A stretch of 64,000 nucleotides of DNA from Nageia nagi (taxonomy: Eukaryota; Plantae; Pinophyta). Every line of letters begins with the position of its first letter. The first letter of the stretch is position 1. Shown here one piece after another: positions 12,342-26,659 of this stretch. The stretch lies in NCBI GenBank assembly GCA_050084985.1, contig JBITNC010000001.1, forward strand, positions 188,418,001-188,482,000. The letters run 5' to 3'. The notes beneath the pieces were generated by a model. The model was not told the origin of the DNA. It did not search any database and saw only the letters and a program-made list of their open reading frames with translations. The translations under genes were made by a program, and so were the position numbers.

Positions 12342-14069
12342 CTTTGAACAGCCCCCCCTTCCTCATCGTCAAAGGGAGCTCATAACTAGTACAAGCACCT
12401 CCCCAGTTGCCGACAAGGTTCAAGCTTATAAAACTTTTCCAGCGATCAATCGTCCTCTTCAAAGCCATGGATTTTACATTTACTTATTAAAATAGTATAT
12501 GCTGTTTTTTATATTTCTATTCTCAGAAGGCCATTACCACCACTTCAAATTCAATGAACTCCACTTCTAATCTTTTGCATGTAGTGCTCGCTCGTTCTGT
12601 ATTTACCCTAAGGATAGCCAACTCATTTTGTAATAGATAAGTATAGTGATAGCTATTTTTACTAGTAGATAAGATAGGCACCACCCCACCTTACTGAAGT
12701 GAAACTTTAGCTTACAAATCAATGCATCACTAATAGTCTAATAGATAGATGTCTTTTGAATGTAAGAAGCATGCAAATTCTTACTTTCACAATAGTCATT
12801 TACTTTAGATCGGTGGTTCTATTCTTTTTCACTTTCACTAAACCCAAAATCTGAGTTTCCAAATCACAAGTGAAGAATTATGTAATGGTTGCAAAATAGA
12901 ACACCAAGAGAGATCCACACATAACAATGATTGAAGAGAAATAGAAGCAAATAATGCACACAAGAATATGGGAAGCTATTTAAATCCCAAAAGTATACCA
13001 CAATACTAATCAAATACAATGCTTAGAAGCTTGTTAGAGCTCCATGTTTTTAAACGATGGCTAGGAGTGGCCTTCAAATAGGCTCAAGAACTCCTAGCAA
13101 TCTATGTTACTTAAGCCAATTATGAGTAGCCTTTAAATAGGCTTAAGAACTCCTACTTATCCATGTGACTTAACCACAATAGTAGACTTAAGTCATAAAT
13201 ACATAAATGCATTATATATCAAACAGGTGTTAGAAATATGGGCTATAGTACCATAAATACTCAAATTTTAATAAACACAAGGCTAACACTAAGTTTAGCA
13301 TAACACCCAACAACCTCCCTTAAGTTAGATTTAGAGAGGTCAACCTTTGACAAAGAGGCAAAGGTGTCATCACTCCAACACCCTCTCTTGACGGCAACTT
13401 CCCTCAAAGTCTTGCACATCTCCATCATTTGTCTCAAGCAAAAAAAATGCCGCCTCCAACAATAGTTTGGTGAAGATGTCTTCCAACTAATCCTTCATCA
13501 AAATATATTGCACATCAAATCTCACCATTTTGCACTTTCTCATGGATCCAATGCATGTCAATCTCAATGTGCTTGGACTGTTGACAAAGAACTGAATTCT
13601 TGGTAATATGAATGGTACTTTGGTTATTAACCCATAACCATAACCAACAAGGTCCCTCCTATCCAAAGCCAAGCTTCTGACGTAGTAATACAACCACTAA
13701 AGTTGTTGTCCCATTGTTGAACATGCCTAAAATTCAACCTCCATAGAAGACTTGTATACTACACCTTACTTTTTGCTCATCTACACAATTGGACAACCTA
13801 CAAAAGTAAACAAGTACCGTGATGTAGACCTCTAATCTTCATCATCTCCATAACTAGAACCAACTTGGAAGTTCCTTCTCTCTCACAAATGATGCCCATC
13901 TCTACACTCTCTTTGACATACCTTCAAATTCTCTTGGCCACTATCCAATGGCAATCTTGTGACTTTGCCATGTACCTAGCCACATATCCAACTACCAAAG
14001 CAATATCCAATCTATTTTGGGTCAAATGTAACAAATCGCCCACTAGTGATCAATACAATGAGGTGAGAC

Positions 14070-17000
14070 CATAGTTAAAAAAATCGAAATCGAATCGGAA
14101 TCATTTGGTTGCAGGATTTTGATTTTTTGAAAAATCGGATAAAATCGGCATGGAGAAAAAATAAAGGAATTTCTCCTATTTGATAGGAAAACAAATCAGT
14201 TTTAGCTAAATCTGAATATTGCACATCAAATAGACAACATTCCATATAGAATAACATATAAAATATCCAACAATGCATATCAAAGCAATTGTAGAGTTCA
14301 ATATTACATATCGAATGTCAAGTGTCAAGGATCAAAAACATTAAAGATTTTCAATGTGACATAACAAAATCTGAATCACAAGATTCAAAACATTCATCTA
14401 GTGACTGCTACTACAACATTGCTATGAGCTATCATCCATGTTTTGCCTTCCGCAATCTCACTTTTGCAACTCTAGACCTAGTTGTTATTAGAGGTCCATC
14501 ATCATCAATATCATCTTCAAGAACATCTCCTCTATGTGATGGTCCTGCTACTAATGTACCCCATTGGGCCCTTTTTGCTTCTGTTGCCACCCTTTCAGCT
14601 TCCTCTCCCATTGCAACAGCTTGTTCTTCCATCCTTCGATACTCTTCAAAGGTGAAATCAAAATCCTGAGGCTGTAAAATCAAAATGCATTGCCCATCAA
14701 AAGCTGATAAAATATATTCAAAATCAAATTCAATAGCTAATCTATAAGTTGAAAATTGAAATCAAAATCTCTAACCTATTCTGGCACATCCTTCAACCAT
14801 GAAGCCCACCCATCACTTGCATCAATCTCATCCAACTCTATTGCATCATTACTTGTTCCTTCAATTTGTCTATGATGGAGGCAAAGGTTGTAATGCACAA
14901 AAACTAAATCATTCAAACGCTCATGGGTGAGCCTATTGCGTTTCTTTGAATGAATTTGCTCAAAAGTGCTCCACTTTCGCTCACACCCAAAAGAACTAGC
15001 TGGTTGGGATAAGATTTTTATGGCCACTTTTTGAAGATTTGGCGTATTACCACCATAATCCTCCCACCATAGATCTAAAAAACAACAGCAAGAAAAACAA
15101 ATAAGATATGCATTTTTCAAGATGTTACTAATTGGGCAATTCACTTTAAAAAGATTGAAAATGCATTTTGTTACTTAGAGCTAGAGTTGTCCTTGATTCT
15201 ATTCATTTTGGGGATGAGAACAAGTAGCCTTGTGCTTTCTTATAATCTTGAAGCTCTACTCTGAAAATTTTGGTCCTAACCTCCTTATCTGGCACAACAC
15301 GGTTAATAGCCTTGTGGAGACCTACAAAATTTAAATGCCCATCAAAATCCAATATATTCAAATTCAATAGGTTAAGTTGAAAATTGAAGGCAAAATCCTC
15401 AAAGTTGATTAATATTTACTAGTGGATACCTACATTAATCTCCCCATTCAATGGATCAAAATTGTTTGCATAGAAGAACTTGGGGTTTAAGTAAATCCCC
15501 GCTCCATGTAGAGGCTTATGCAATTGAGTATTCCACCTACGATCAACCATGTCCCAAATGTACTAAAATCTTGATGCTTGATAATCGAAAAAGGTAGATA
15601 TGGCCTCCATTGCCTCATACATGTATCCCATGGATGGCTTCTTTGAGTCCACAAGGCAAAGCACCCTCACTAAGGGCTCTATAATCTGCAAAGTGAATTA
15701 TCAATTATACAACTAAATTAATAACAATTTTAATGAATTAAATTTTAATCAATTCAATATGAAATGATTCGGAATTTCGAACAGTAGAAAAGTGGAAAAG
15801 TTGAAAATTGAAATAGAATTATACCCTCAAAATCTGAAGTGCGTTCGTCCAATAATAATCATCAAAGATACAATTAACGATATTCTTGCCCTCTGGTTCA
15901 TGTGCATATCTCGATTAGATCCACTTGTTGCTCACAAACATTTGTTTCAATGCAATTCGAGTATTAAAAATACTCTCCAATGTAAGAAATGATGTTGCAA
16001 ATCGTGTAGTGGCTACATGCAAAATTCATAAATTTAATTTAATGAAAAATAAAAAAAAATAGAATATAAAATAATAATAAATGCAATAAATTGAAAGTTG
16101 GGAAATAATAAAAAATTTACTAGGACGTCTTAGACCCTTTCCATTTGTGAAATCTATCCTCATCAAATGGAGGAACCAATCATGATTCTAGATATATTTG
16201 GTGATATTCTTTGTTGTTTCCACAACCTCTTTGATCCAATCTACCCTTCCAATGTCCTCAAGAAGTAAGTCGATGACATGTGCAGCACAAAGAGTCCAAA
16301 AAATGGTAGGGTATTCTTTCTCAATCCTCTCCCCTGCTTTAACGTATGCAGAAGCATTATCCGTGATAACCTACAATGTGCACAATATAAAATTTAAAGT
16401 TAAGTTTTAAACTTAGATGAATTAAATTTTAATTATTAAAAATTTAAATCAAAAAGTGATAACATGCACAAAATAAACCGAAACAAAATAGATAGAAAAT
16501 AATAAATATACCTGCACAACGTTCTCAGCCCCCACCTCCTCAATGACTATCTACAGCTACCCAAATAAATAATCACTATTTTTTATTTCACTTGATGCAT
16601 CCACTGACTTCAAGAATACCAGACCTTCTGAAGAAGCAGCCAAAAAGTTCAACAAAGTTCTCCCTTGTGTATCGGTCCAACCATCACTAAGAATGTTGCA
16701 ACCCTTTCTTCTCCAAATCTTCTTCTGCTCATCAATAACCCTCCTGCAATCTAAAACAGCTACATCCAACATAGGACCTCTCAAATCACTGTAAGTTGGT
16801 GCTTTGAATCCAACACCACAAGCAGCAATAGCTCTAACCATGTACTCCCAATATGGGGAGTTTGCCACAATGAAGGAAATATTAGAGTAATACCAGAAAT
16901 TTGCAATTGCCTTTTTGGCTTCCTCAAACTTATCCTTATTCCATGATTGATCGAGTGTGGTTTGACCACCACGAGGTGCAAAAAAATCACACCTCATTGC

Positions 17001-17876
17001 ACTACTAGAGCCTGCTGGATACCTCATCTTGCTGGTAGGGATTTGCTCAACTGTTGCACTACCATTAGCACCGCCCTCTTCAAAGAAATGGCCCTGGGTA
17101 GAACCTGCCCCTGGAAACCCTGGAGGTGGAGGTGGAGGGGGAGTTGGTGGAAACCCTCTAGCAATTTCTGATTTTGTTCTTTTCTTTGTCTGCTTCTCTG
17201 CTGCCTTGACTTCTATGATGGCAACCATTTGCCTTTGGACATCTTGATCCACCTTAGGGCAAGGTCTAACATTATTCCCAGCCATTCTTGCTAAGTGAAA
17301 TTTCATTCTGTAAATACCTCCACCAATAGGTTCCCTACAAAAATTGCAAATAAGAGTGCCTGCTATTTCAATCTCTATGACATATGGCCAAGCAGCATCT
17401 TTCCTATCTTTCCTACAGACTGGAGAACTCATACTTGCAGCTGCAAAAACAAAGAAAAAAGAAAAAAACAAATAGCTGAAACCTTGGAAAGTAAATAAAA
17501 AATACCCATCAAAACTCACAAAGCATTGGAAAGTTGGAAACTTACTTGGAATCTCTTCAAACTTGTTGAAAATGGTGTTAGCTAAGCTCCTCTCAGCTCT
17601 AGAATGCAAAAAAAATGAAATGACTGAGTTTTTGGGTGACTTAAACCCCTCTACCCGCGCCAAGACTAGACGATTTTTTGCTGATTTTTTAATCAGGAAT
17701 CGCAATTTTTTTCATAATCGAATCGGCCAAAAAATCGGATTTACTCCTGAAAAATCATCGGCCGATTTTTTGTTTAAAAAATCGCGAATCGGAATCTTAA
17801 AAAATCGGATAAACACTTTTTTGAAAAAAATCAGATCGTTTGCTTGGCCAATTCCGATTCGATTTTTATGACTATG
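14070..17876 (-). mobile_element. Full-length hAT DNA transposon (3807 bp)
   Basis: Imperfect TIRs CATAGTTAAAAAAATCG / CATAGTCATAAAAATCG; perfect 8-bp TSD GGTGAGAC; AATCG subterminal repeats. Confidence 0.95.
14432..17432 (-). pseudogene. Multi-exon hAT transposase (BED finger, DUF659, dimerisation domain) with premature stops
   Basis: CNFC..GGIYRMKFHLA; SDGWTD; VITDNA; CAAHVIDLLLEDIG; GCERKWSTFEQIHSKKRNRL; in-frame TAG stops near 16557, 16551 and 16188. Confidence 0.9.
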
Positions 17877-19184
17877 GGTGAGACGTCAATTGCTGGATCA
17901 TTGGAAAGGCCCTACCAAGCTTTGTTCCAAATCGCATAGGACTCTTAGCCTCATGACAATCCTATATCCTAAATTTCTTCAAGAGCTAAAAGGCATACTT
18001 AGGTTGAAAAAGAAAATACTATCCTTCATTTGCTACACTTGTAGGCCCAAAAAATAGTGCAACAAACCCAAAATACGACATCTCAAAGGTATTTTTCAAC
18101 CTAACCTTAATGCCTCTAATTTTTGTATGGGAATTTCTTGTGAGAATCAAGTCATCCACATAGAGAACAATAATGATGACTTGACCACCTTTACACCCCA
18201 CATATGCATTGTTCTCCACCACACATTTAGAGAACCTTGAATTAATGAGAAAGGTATCTATTTTCCCATATCATTTCCTTGGTGCTTGCTTCACAATGAT
18301 ATCTTCAATTTGCAAACAAGCGAATTGGACCCATCTTCTTCAAATCATGGTGGTTGTTCCATATTGATATCTTCCTTCAAGTTACCATTGAGAAATGCAC
18401 TCTTTACATCTATTTGTTGCACCTTCCAATAAAAGCAAGAACCATATCTAATAAAAGGCAAATAGAATCCATCTAGGCCATAGGAGAAAATGAATCATAG
18501 TCAATATCCTCCCAAAAACATCCCTTAGCTACCAATCGAGACTTATGTTTCTTCACCTCACACTCAAATGTGTACTTGGTCTTGTAGACCCCTTTGCAAC
18601 TAACAATGTTTTTGCCCTTTTGCCTAGGAACCAACTCCCATGTGTTGTTCCTCATCAATGCCTCATACTCACTCCTCATTGTTGCATCCCACTCAAGTTT
18701 CCCATGCACTTGTTTGAAAGTATAAGGACCTCCCCTCCCTTAATCTTAGTCATGAGTGAAAAATTTACCCACTATACCTATCCACCAGTCCTCCTCTCAA
18801 CTCTATGTAAGTCCAAAGACTCACACAGAGCATTTCTCAAAGTAGAGCTAAGCTATCTTGGTCTCAATGCCCTATTTGAAGACTATGATATACCATCCAC
18901 TAATTGAGTATTGTGACTATGATCATACTAGTTTTCCCCAAGACGAGTCATATCAATGCCACCATCACTATGAGAATCACAACTCCCACCATCCAAGACA
19001 AGACCAACATCTCCATTATTATTGTGAGAATCAACATTCTCATCATCCAAGTGAGAACCAATTTTCTAACCACCCAAGTGAAGTCCAACAACTCCATCCT
19101 TAAAAATGAAGATCCCTCTCATGTCGATCACCATGCTCACCAAGAAATGCACCATGCGCACCATGAAGCAAACCACATGAACAA

Positions 19185-22100
19185 AAAGCCAAATAGCCTC
19201 TTTGTTGCCATATATTTTGTTTAGTAGTTGACATAGCCACCACCGACTAAAACTTAGAAGACCAAAACATAGCTCCTCTAGCAACAGTAAAAGTATGCCC
19301 ACCAATAGATTTACCTCCATCTAGATCTTCACCATGATCTGCATCCACAAAACCTTCAACATGCAAGTTTTCCAATCCATGGTAAATAGCAACATCCGAA
19401 GTGCCTCTTAAGTATCTAAGTATCGCTTCACTACTATCCAATGCTCCCTACTAGTATTTGCCATTGACCGACTAACAACTAGCACTGCTTGGGCAATGTT
19501 AGATCTGGTAATCATCATGGCAAACGTAAGGCTTCCTATTGTTGATGAGTATGGTACATGAGACATGCTTGTCTTCTCTACTTTTGTACTAGGACATTGA
19601 ACAAAAGATAATTTTATGTGAGGAGGAAGTAGGGTAGTAACTCGCTTAGTATCCTGCCTGTTGAAGAGTTGCAAAATCTTTTCAATCTATGATTGTTGAG
19701 ATAACAAATCTTCCTTCCTTTTCTATCTCTATGTATCCTCATTCCCATAATTAGGTACCCAACATCCTTCACAAAGGACTCTCTTGAGTACTATAGATGT
19801 TGGATGTCCCCATAGTAAGGGGAGGAAATAAAGAAGCGGTATGCCTAGAAAGCTACCATATTGAAGCTTTGGGAACCCTAGTAACCCTCTGCAGTGTCAG
19901 CTGAGTAAAACCTAAGGAAAAAACACTAGAACTTTGAGGTCATTGATTTTGAACATGCTAGGGCCTACAAACCAACATATCATCAACATACAATAATCAT
20001 CAAACCTCTTATAATATGCACAAAGGTCAGCTTCACTTTTGCTGAACTTTTGACTCTTCATGAAGGTGCCAAATTTTCTATACCACATCTTTGGCACCTA
20101 TTTCAAACCATATAGTAATTTCTTGAGTCTACAAACTAAATTCACCTTGCCTCTTTCTTCATAGCCCTCAAGCTGATTCACATATATCTCTTCCTCGAGA
20201 TCAACATGCTGGAAAGCTACCTTTACATCAAGTTGCTCCAATTCTAGATTTTGTACTACTACAAGAGCAAGTGAAACTCTACCAATAGTTAATTTTAAAA
20301 CTAGAGAAAATATTTCATTAAAATCTATACCTCACTTCTGCACATAACCTTTTACCACCTAGCAAGCTTTATAGCACTCTAACAATCCATTATTGTTTTT
20401 CTTTATTTTGTACACCCACTTATTACCAATAGTCTTTCTTTCAAGTTGAAGATCCACAAGCTCCCATGTTTCATTCTTGTGTAGAGCTTCCATTTCCTCA
20501 ACCAGGGCTTGTCTCCATTTTTCTGCATTCTCATATTCTCTAGCTTCTTGAAATCATCTAGGCTCACCAACATCAATTAACAAAGCAAAAGAACATTGTA
20601 AATCAAGAGAATACCTCATAAAAGGCCTTTGTGGAAGTGTAGATTTTCTAACCCAATGATTTGTTGGCAATGGCACTTGTTCTTGTGGTTGTTGAACTTG
20701 TTGATTTTCACTTTCATCAACATTCATATCAACTTCAACATGCACAATTTTAGGTGTTTGTAGTTCCTCTTTTCTTTGCAAGGATTTTTTATTAACATAA
20801 TATCCCAACTAAAAATTACTTTGTGGGCACTACGAGCCCACAATTGATACCCCTTCATTGTATCTCCATAGACAAGAAAAACATGCTTCTTTGATTTAGG
20901 GTCAAGTTTGGACCTCTTTTATATAGGTACATGGGCATATGCATCACATCCAAAAGTATGTAAATGAGAGTAATCAAATATTTTACCTTGCCAAACCTCC
21001 TTTGGAATTTGTCTATCCAACGCAACTATGAGTGATCTATTAATAAGGTAAACACTAAACAATTATATTAACAGCCTCTACCCAATACCTGCTCTACAAG
21101 TTAGATGAGCTAAGCATGCTCCTCGCACATTCCATAATTATGTGGTTCATCCATTCAGCCACACCATTTTGTTGTGGAGTATATGAAGTTGTCTTTTGGT
21201 GCTTAATTCCATGTTGCGTACAAAACTAATCAAACTCATTGGAACAATATTCACCCCCATTATATGACTTGAGGCATATAATAGGCTTGCCCAAACTTTT
21301 CTCTTCTCTTGCCTTATATTCATTGAATTTCTCCAAAGCATCTAACTTCCTTATTAGAAAATAAACCAATACTCTTCTAGAGTAATCATCTATAAATGTC
21401 AGAAAATTATTGTAACCACCTATGGATAGAGGTGGAGATAGTTCCACATATATCAAAATGTATCGATTGCAAAAAAATAGAACTCTTACCAATACTTGCA
21501 ATAACCCTAACCCTCTTTTCTTTACCAAAAATACAATGCTCATAGATGTCTAAATTGCAAGACTTCATCCTAACAAGCATACCATGATCATGCAAGATTT
21601 TCAACCCTTTCTTACTCATATGCCCAAGGATCTCATGCCATAGCATCAATACATCCTGAGCACTACTAGAGTTTGTTGCTACTGCATGGTTTGTCACCAT
21701 ATCACCACACAAACGGTATATAGTCCCATAAGATTCTCCTTTTGCTACCACTAAAGCTCCTTTGGTAATTTTGCACTTATTATTACCGAAGGTAATAATG
21801 TATCCAAGTTGATCCATCATTTTAATTGGAAGAAAATTCTTCTTCAAATCAAGCACATATCAAACATCACTTAACATCCTTTCTCTACCATCATCCAACC
21901 TAATACTTATGTCTACTCTTTCCACTATTGCATAAGGATTATCATCACCCAAGTAAACCATACCTCCATCATAGGGTTGATATTTAACAAACCAATCTCT
22001 ATGTGGAGTTCTGTGGAAAGATACACCTGAGTCCATAACCTAAGTGTTTAAACCAAATTTGTTGTTACTGTTACAAAATACCTCACATGATGTTGCCTCT

Positions 22101-23304
22101 TCTGAATCTCTTGCACTAGCCTCAACTGATGGCTGATTCTTCTTCTCACCATTCATCTCCTTCTTCAGATGCTAAAAATCCTTCTTGGAGTGTCCTGGCT
22201 TACCACAATGCCAACACTTCACTTTCTACTTTCGTCCTTTTGACTTGGATATGGACTGTAATTTACCTCATTGACTTTGTTTAGAAGATCAACCTCTCAC
22301 AACTCGGGCTTCATTGGTTGAGGGTTCCAAAGATGATTTCCACCTCAACTCCTCTCCCAACAAAGAGGCTACCACATCATCAATGTTTAGAGTTCCCACT
22401 AATGCATTGTTTATGGTAATGACTAGATGATCCTAGGTGTATGCAAGGGAACAAAGGAAAGTGATAGCTTTGTTCTCATCGTCCATCTTCCCGTTACGAA
22501 GACTAATTTACTAATTATAGTATTAAACACATTTAGATGATCTACTACAATTGAACCCTCCTCCATCTTCAAACTATAAAGTTTTTTTTCAAGAACACCT
22601 TATTTGTAGCTATTTTAGTTTCATATAGCTTTTCAAGCTTCTCCTAGAGTTGCTTTGTAGTCTTTTCTTCAACAACATTGAACAAGATAGAATCTGTTAG
22701 GCAGAGGCGAATTGTGGAAACTGCCTTCTTGTCCTACTTTGCCCATTCTTGATTTGTCATGTTGTTGGATTTACTCGCAACCCCTTTCAAGGCTAGGGCT
22801 TGGTCATTCTAAACCAACGAATCCTCCACCTTCATCTTCCAAAGGGAAAAGTTACTAGCATCAAACTTCTGAATCTCAAACTTGTTACACCTCATGGCAT
22901 TGTTACAGTTCCCACTCACACAAAACCCTAAACGAGTTTCAAGAGAACCTAACTTTAGTACCAATTGTTGGAACTCAACAAGCAAATTGTAAAAAAGCAG
23001 AAAAAAAATAACACAAAGGTTTAACATGGAAAACTTTGCAATGTGCAAAGAACCACAAGGCAAATGGCAACTTTAGTATTTATTACTTTCAAACTTTCAT
23101 TGTATACAAAGGCAAGGGTCAATCCCTTTTTATAAGAAAAAGATTCCAATTAAACTAGATCTGCATGCACATCATGCTTAATAATAGTCACACTTAATAA
23201 TAATCGTGCATTTAATAAATCTTATGCCCATAATAATAGTTGTGTGCTTAATAATAGTTGCGCACTATCTAAAACTAGCAACTAAAATTAGTATTGTACG
23301 AACA
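19185..23304 (-). mobile_element. Decayed Tnt1/Tork-like Copia element, 3'-truncated
   Basis: Probable 5' LTR 22966-23304; degenerate PBS; gag KFDASNFSLWKMKVED; GAG-pre-integrase LWHEILGHMS; integrase FIDDYSR; RT; RNase H breaks off after EAIWL. Confidence 0.8.
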
Positions 23305-23778
23305 AAACATTTTGCCAAGCCGAGCAACAACCCCCTTGCTGCACCCTGCGTGGAGGAGGATCGTCAAGGGCCACACCACCACATTGTTGCACCCATGCAC
23401 CACCATGCAAAAGAACATCAGAGATTTGGATATTGACTTCACCTCCTAAAGTAATGCCCCAATTGTTTAGTCCTATTTGCAAATAAGATAGAGGTACAAT
23501 GTAGTTTTTGATAGAGAAATTGCATTTTGCAAGGTGATAGATCATTTTTGATAGCATGTAGAGACACTAGAGGCTAAGTTAACAACAATCACAATAGAGA
23601 GGGATATTGGGGTAGCAAGGACAATTGTGCCCCCACCTCTAGCGCCATTTGGAGATGCATTCACTACCTTTTTAACTCAATAATTTGATAAGGAGGGGCA
23701 TTGTCAAGACAACATGCAACCAAAGCTAGCTCAAATGAGAGGGTATTATGAATGATATCGAGCGTTTTACAAGGCAAT

Positions 23779-25040
23779 TGTTATGACCCCGTAACATATT
23801 ATTTATGTTATTTAAGTATTTATCTCACATGTATTAGGCTTGGAAGATGAAAGGTCAAAGAGGGCTATTTATAGGAGAGTCTTCCCTATTGTAATTCATC
23901 CAAGAAATTAAAGAAAATTTTGAGGAGAGAACTTGTTTTCTAGGAGGAGCCCCCCTCGAAGTGGAAAAGGCAATTTTGTTATTTCAGTAATTTGTATTTT
24001 GTAATAGTTTTGCATATTGAAGTGGTATCTGCATATTGGAGTGGTTTTATGGTTATTTGTGAATAATTTCATTATATGCAAAAAGTAGGTTCTTAACAAA
24101 TGGTATCAGAGCATGATCTTGGCACTTGTAGGTTAATTTGAAGAAGTTGAAGAGTTTTTTGGCAAGCTCAAGTAAATCGTTGATATTTCACACATCTAGT
24201 ATTTTTTGATGAAATTTTGAGGGTTTGTTAATAGTCATGTAAATAGTGCACAATGCAAATTTCAAGTATTTTAGAGCTATATTGCGAATTTTATTAGCAT
24301 TTTAATTTTCGCAATAATATTTTGTATAGGCTGGAAGAAAGGGATTTTCCTTCTGATTTTTTGGGAAATGTTTTTAATAAATAAGATCATCACAATCAAA
24401 ATTTCAGGTCATTTGGATCTGTATTGGTTAAATTATAAGAAGATTGGGGTTTTCTCTAAAACCCTAGATCTAGAATTTTTTACTAAATGGGCAGGAGTAA
24501 AATGGTCATATCTTTTTCATTCTAAGCATTTTGTTTTTGAAATTTTGTGGGTTTTAAGATTACTATATCAGAGGCATACAGTAAAAATTTCAGAGCTTTT
24601 AGAGCTCCATTGGTCGATGTATGTGAAGAATAGAGTTTTTTCCAAAAACCCTAGGTTGAAAATTTTAGGTGAAAAGGATGAAGATAAAACGTTGATAACT
24701 TTTGCATATGGAAATATTTTTCAATGAAATTTCAGATCTGATTTAAAATAATGGTACCTATGCATAGTAAAAATTTCAAATCATTTCAGTATGTTTTAAA
24801 GGAGTTATTGACAAATCAATATTTTCACTAAATTTGATTTTGAGGGAACAAAATAGTGAATTTTTCAGCCAAATTTGGCGAGGACAGCAAATACTATCTC
24901 CCTCATGTTCTGTCAAAATTTCAGAAAGATTGGATTTGTTTTCATGAAAATTGCGAGGCCAAGAAGAGGTAATGTTAAAAGTCAGAAGTGTATAAGGATA
25001 CAAGTTCGAAGCCAAAACCTATGGATGAATCCACAGCTAT
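23779..25040 (+). mobile_element. Truncated LTR element: LTR, PBS and non-coding leader
   Basis: TGTTATG...CTTAACA at 23779-24098; perfect PBS TGGTATCAGAGC at 24101-24112; right boundary uncertain. Confidence 0.6.
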
Positions 25041-26420
25041 GTCTGAACTTTGGGGAACAAAGAGAAATTCTCGCATTTCGTTCAGGGCTTAACAACTTAG
25101 CACTAACATCCATATATCAATGAAAATACCTAACAGCCTCACTTATAGAATAGCAAGCAAACAGTATTTCCAGTAATGAGAATAGAAAGTTCACATAAGG
25201 GTACAAAAGGCAAACATGCTTAGTAATCCAACTATTTGTGCATGATATTCGCCCATACTTATAAACTTACAAGATCTTACAACTGTATTTCCTGATTGCA
25301 TTTTTGAGCTTTGTTTTCTGAGATTTTTCTTTTGTCGTTGAGATATTTGCTAATTTAATGCTTCTTGCTAACTTCTTCCTTTTTCACATGCTTTTGTGAT
25401 GATAATTAGTACAAAAAATTGAAAAATATGCTGCAAATTTGCAAAAGGAGCATGGAATGGAGCTCCCGGAGCTTGGGAGAAGTTGTGGCTTCAATTTTGA
25501 ACCGAAATTCCTTCAGGACAGGACTGATAACCATCCTATAATTAATTGCAGGATCAATGTTGGTCCTATTTTTGCCTCATAATGCTTCCAAACTTGGTCC
25601 CAGGTTCTGTTCTAGCCTGAGAATGGTGTTTTTGATGCTATTTTTTTCTTCAAACTTGAACAATTACGAGCTTTGAAACTTGTGCCAACTATAAAAATAA
25701 AAAAGCCAAGGAATAGGCCAATTTCATAATTCACTTTCAGAGTTGCTGAGAAAAAAATAGAAAGTTAGGTGCACAAAAAAGTTGCGAAATACTTCCTGAT
25801 TCGACTTATTTTTCTGGGATTTTAGTTTTACTGATGGAATTGTTAGCCATTCCTTAGGTTTTCTGCTCAAGGAGTGTGTTCCAAAAATTTAAATATCTCA
25901 ATTTCGTCAAATAATGATGTTAGACAACAGTTATATTCCCAAACAAGGAAGCAAAATCTTTTCCATAAATCAAATACACTAATCCCACTCAGCAGGAAAG
26001 GCGGTTCTAGGCACTGCTATAGTGTGACTCACATCCTGTACTTTTAATCAGCGATTTTCCATAGGATGTAATGTTGCAATATGTAAGGAACAAGACCAAG
26101 GTTGCCAACATTTTTTTTGTTTTCGTGTGCAAACAGAGTAAATAATATAAACATTTTACAATGAAATACTTCCTTTCAGTTTAAATATCTAAAAAGAAAA
26201 TTTTAAGATAAAGATAATATGCTAACATCATGTGGCGATCAAAGCCAAGATGTTTGCAAGGAAGGGGTTCTGTTCTTGGTGCCAAGAGGAAGAGTAAGTA
26301 AATAAATACCAGGTTTAGCTATGCTATCAAATGTTACATCCCTTTTCCTCCAAGGAAAAAGGACATAAGGAAGTAAGAGAAATACTTGCCATTATTGAAT
26401 CTAATATCAAGGTCTAGTGG

Positions 26421-26659
26421 TCCACAAGGGAACAACATGTTGGTTAATGCTTTGACTCGTCTTTGGAAGGTCCCAAGTTTGAATCACAGTGGTTGTTCTA
26501 TTGTGTCACCACTTGGCTACAAGTTGGCAACGATTTGGCTACCATTGTGCTGTTATCCACAGCTGCCAGATGGATAGTGGAGACGTTAAAAAGTAAACCC
26601 TACTAGCAGCCATGAAGGGGCACCTAGAACAATTTGTCTCACGATCATTTAAAAAAAAA
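26421..26659 (+). mobile_element. tRNA-derived SINE (about 240 bp)
   Basis: 18-bp TSD AATATCAAGGTCTAGTGG at 26403-26420 and 26660-26677; poly(A) tail; B-box-like GTTTGAATC at 26477; degenerate A box. Confidence 0.85.

Larger units (their letters stand above)
12881..19180 (-). mobile_element. Decayed Ty1/Copia element (3' LTR, RNase H, RT, linker), host of the hAT insertion
   Basis: PPT AGGGAGGT then TG at 13312; probable LTR 12881-13312; RT motifs LYVDDLIL and NNTWELVP..KSRLVAKG; RT frame continues across the hAT; 5' part truncated, possibly resuming at 23305-23560. Confidence 0.75.

Noticed and set aside
11976-12347. Three overlapping ORFs
   Set aside because: They lie within the MITE and are low-complexity, with no protein motifs
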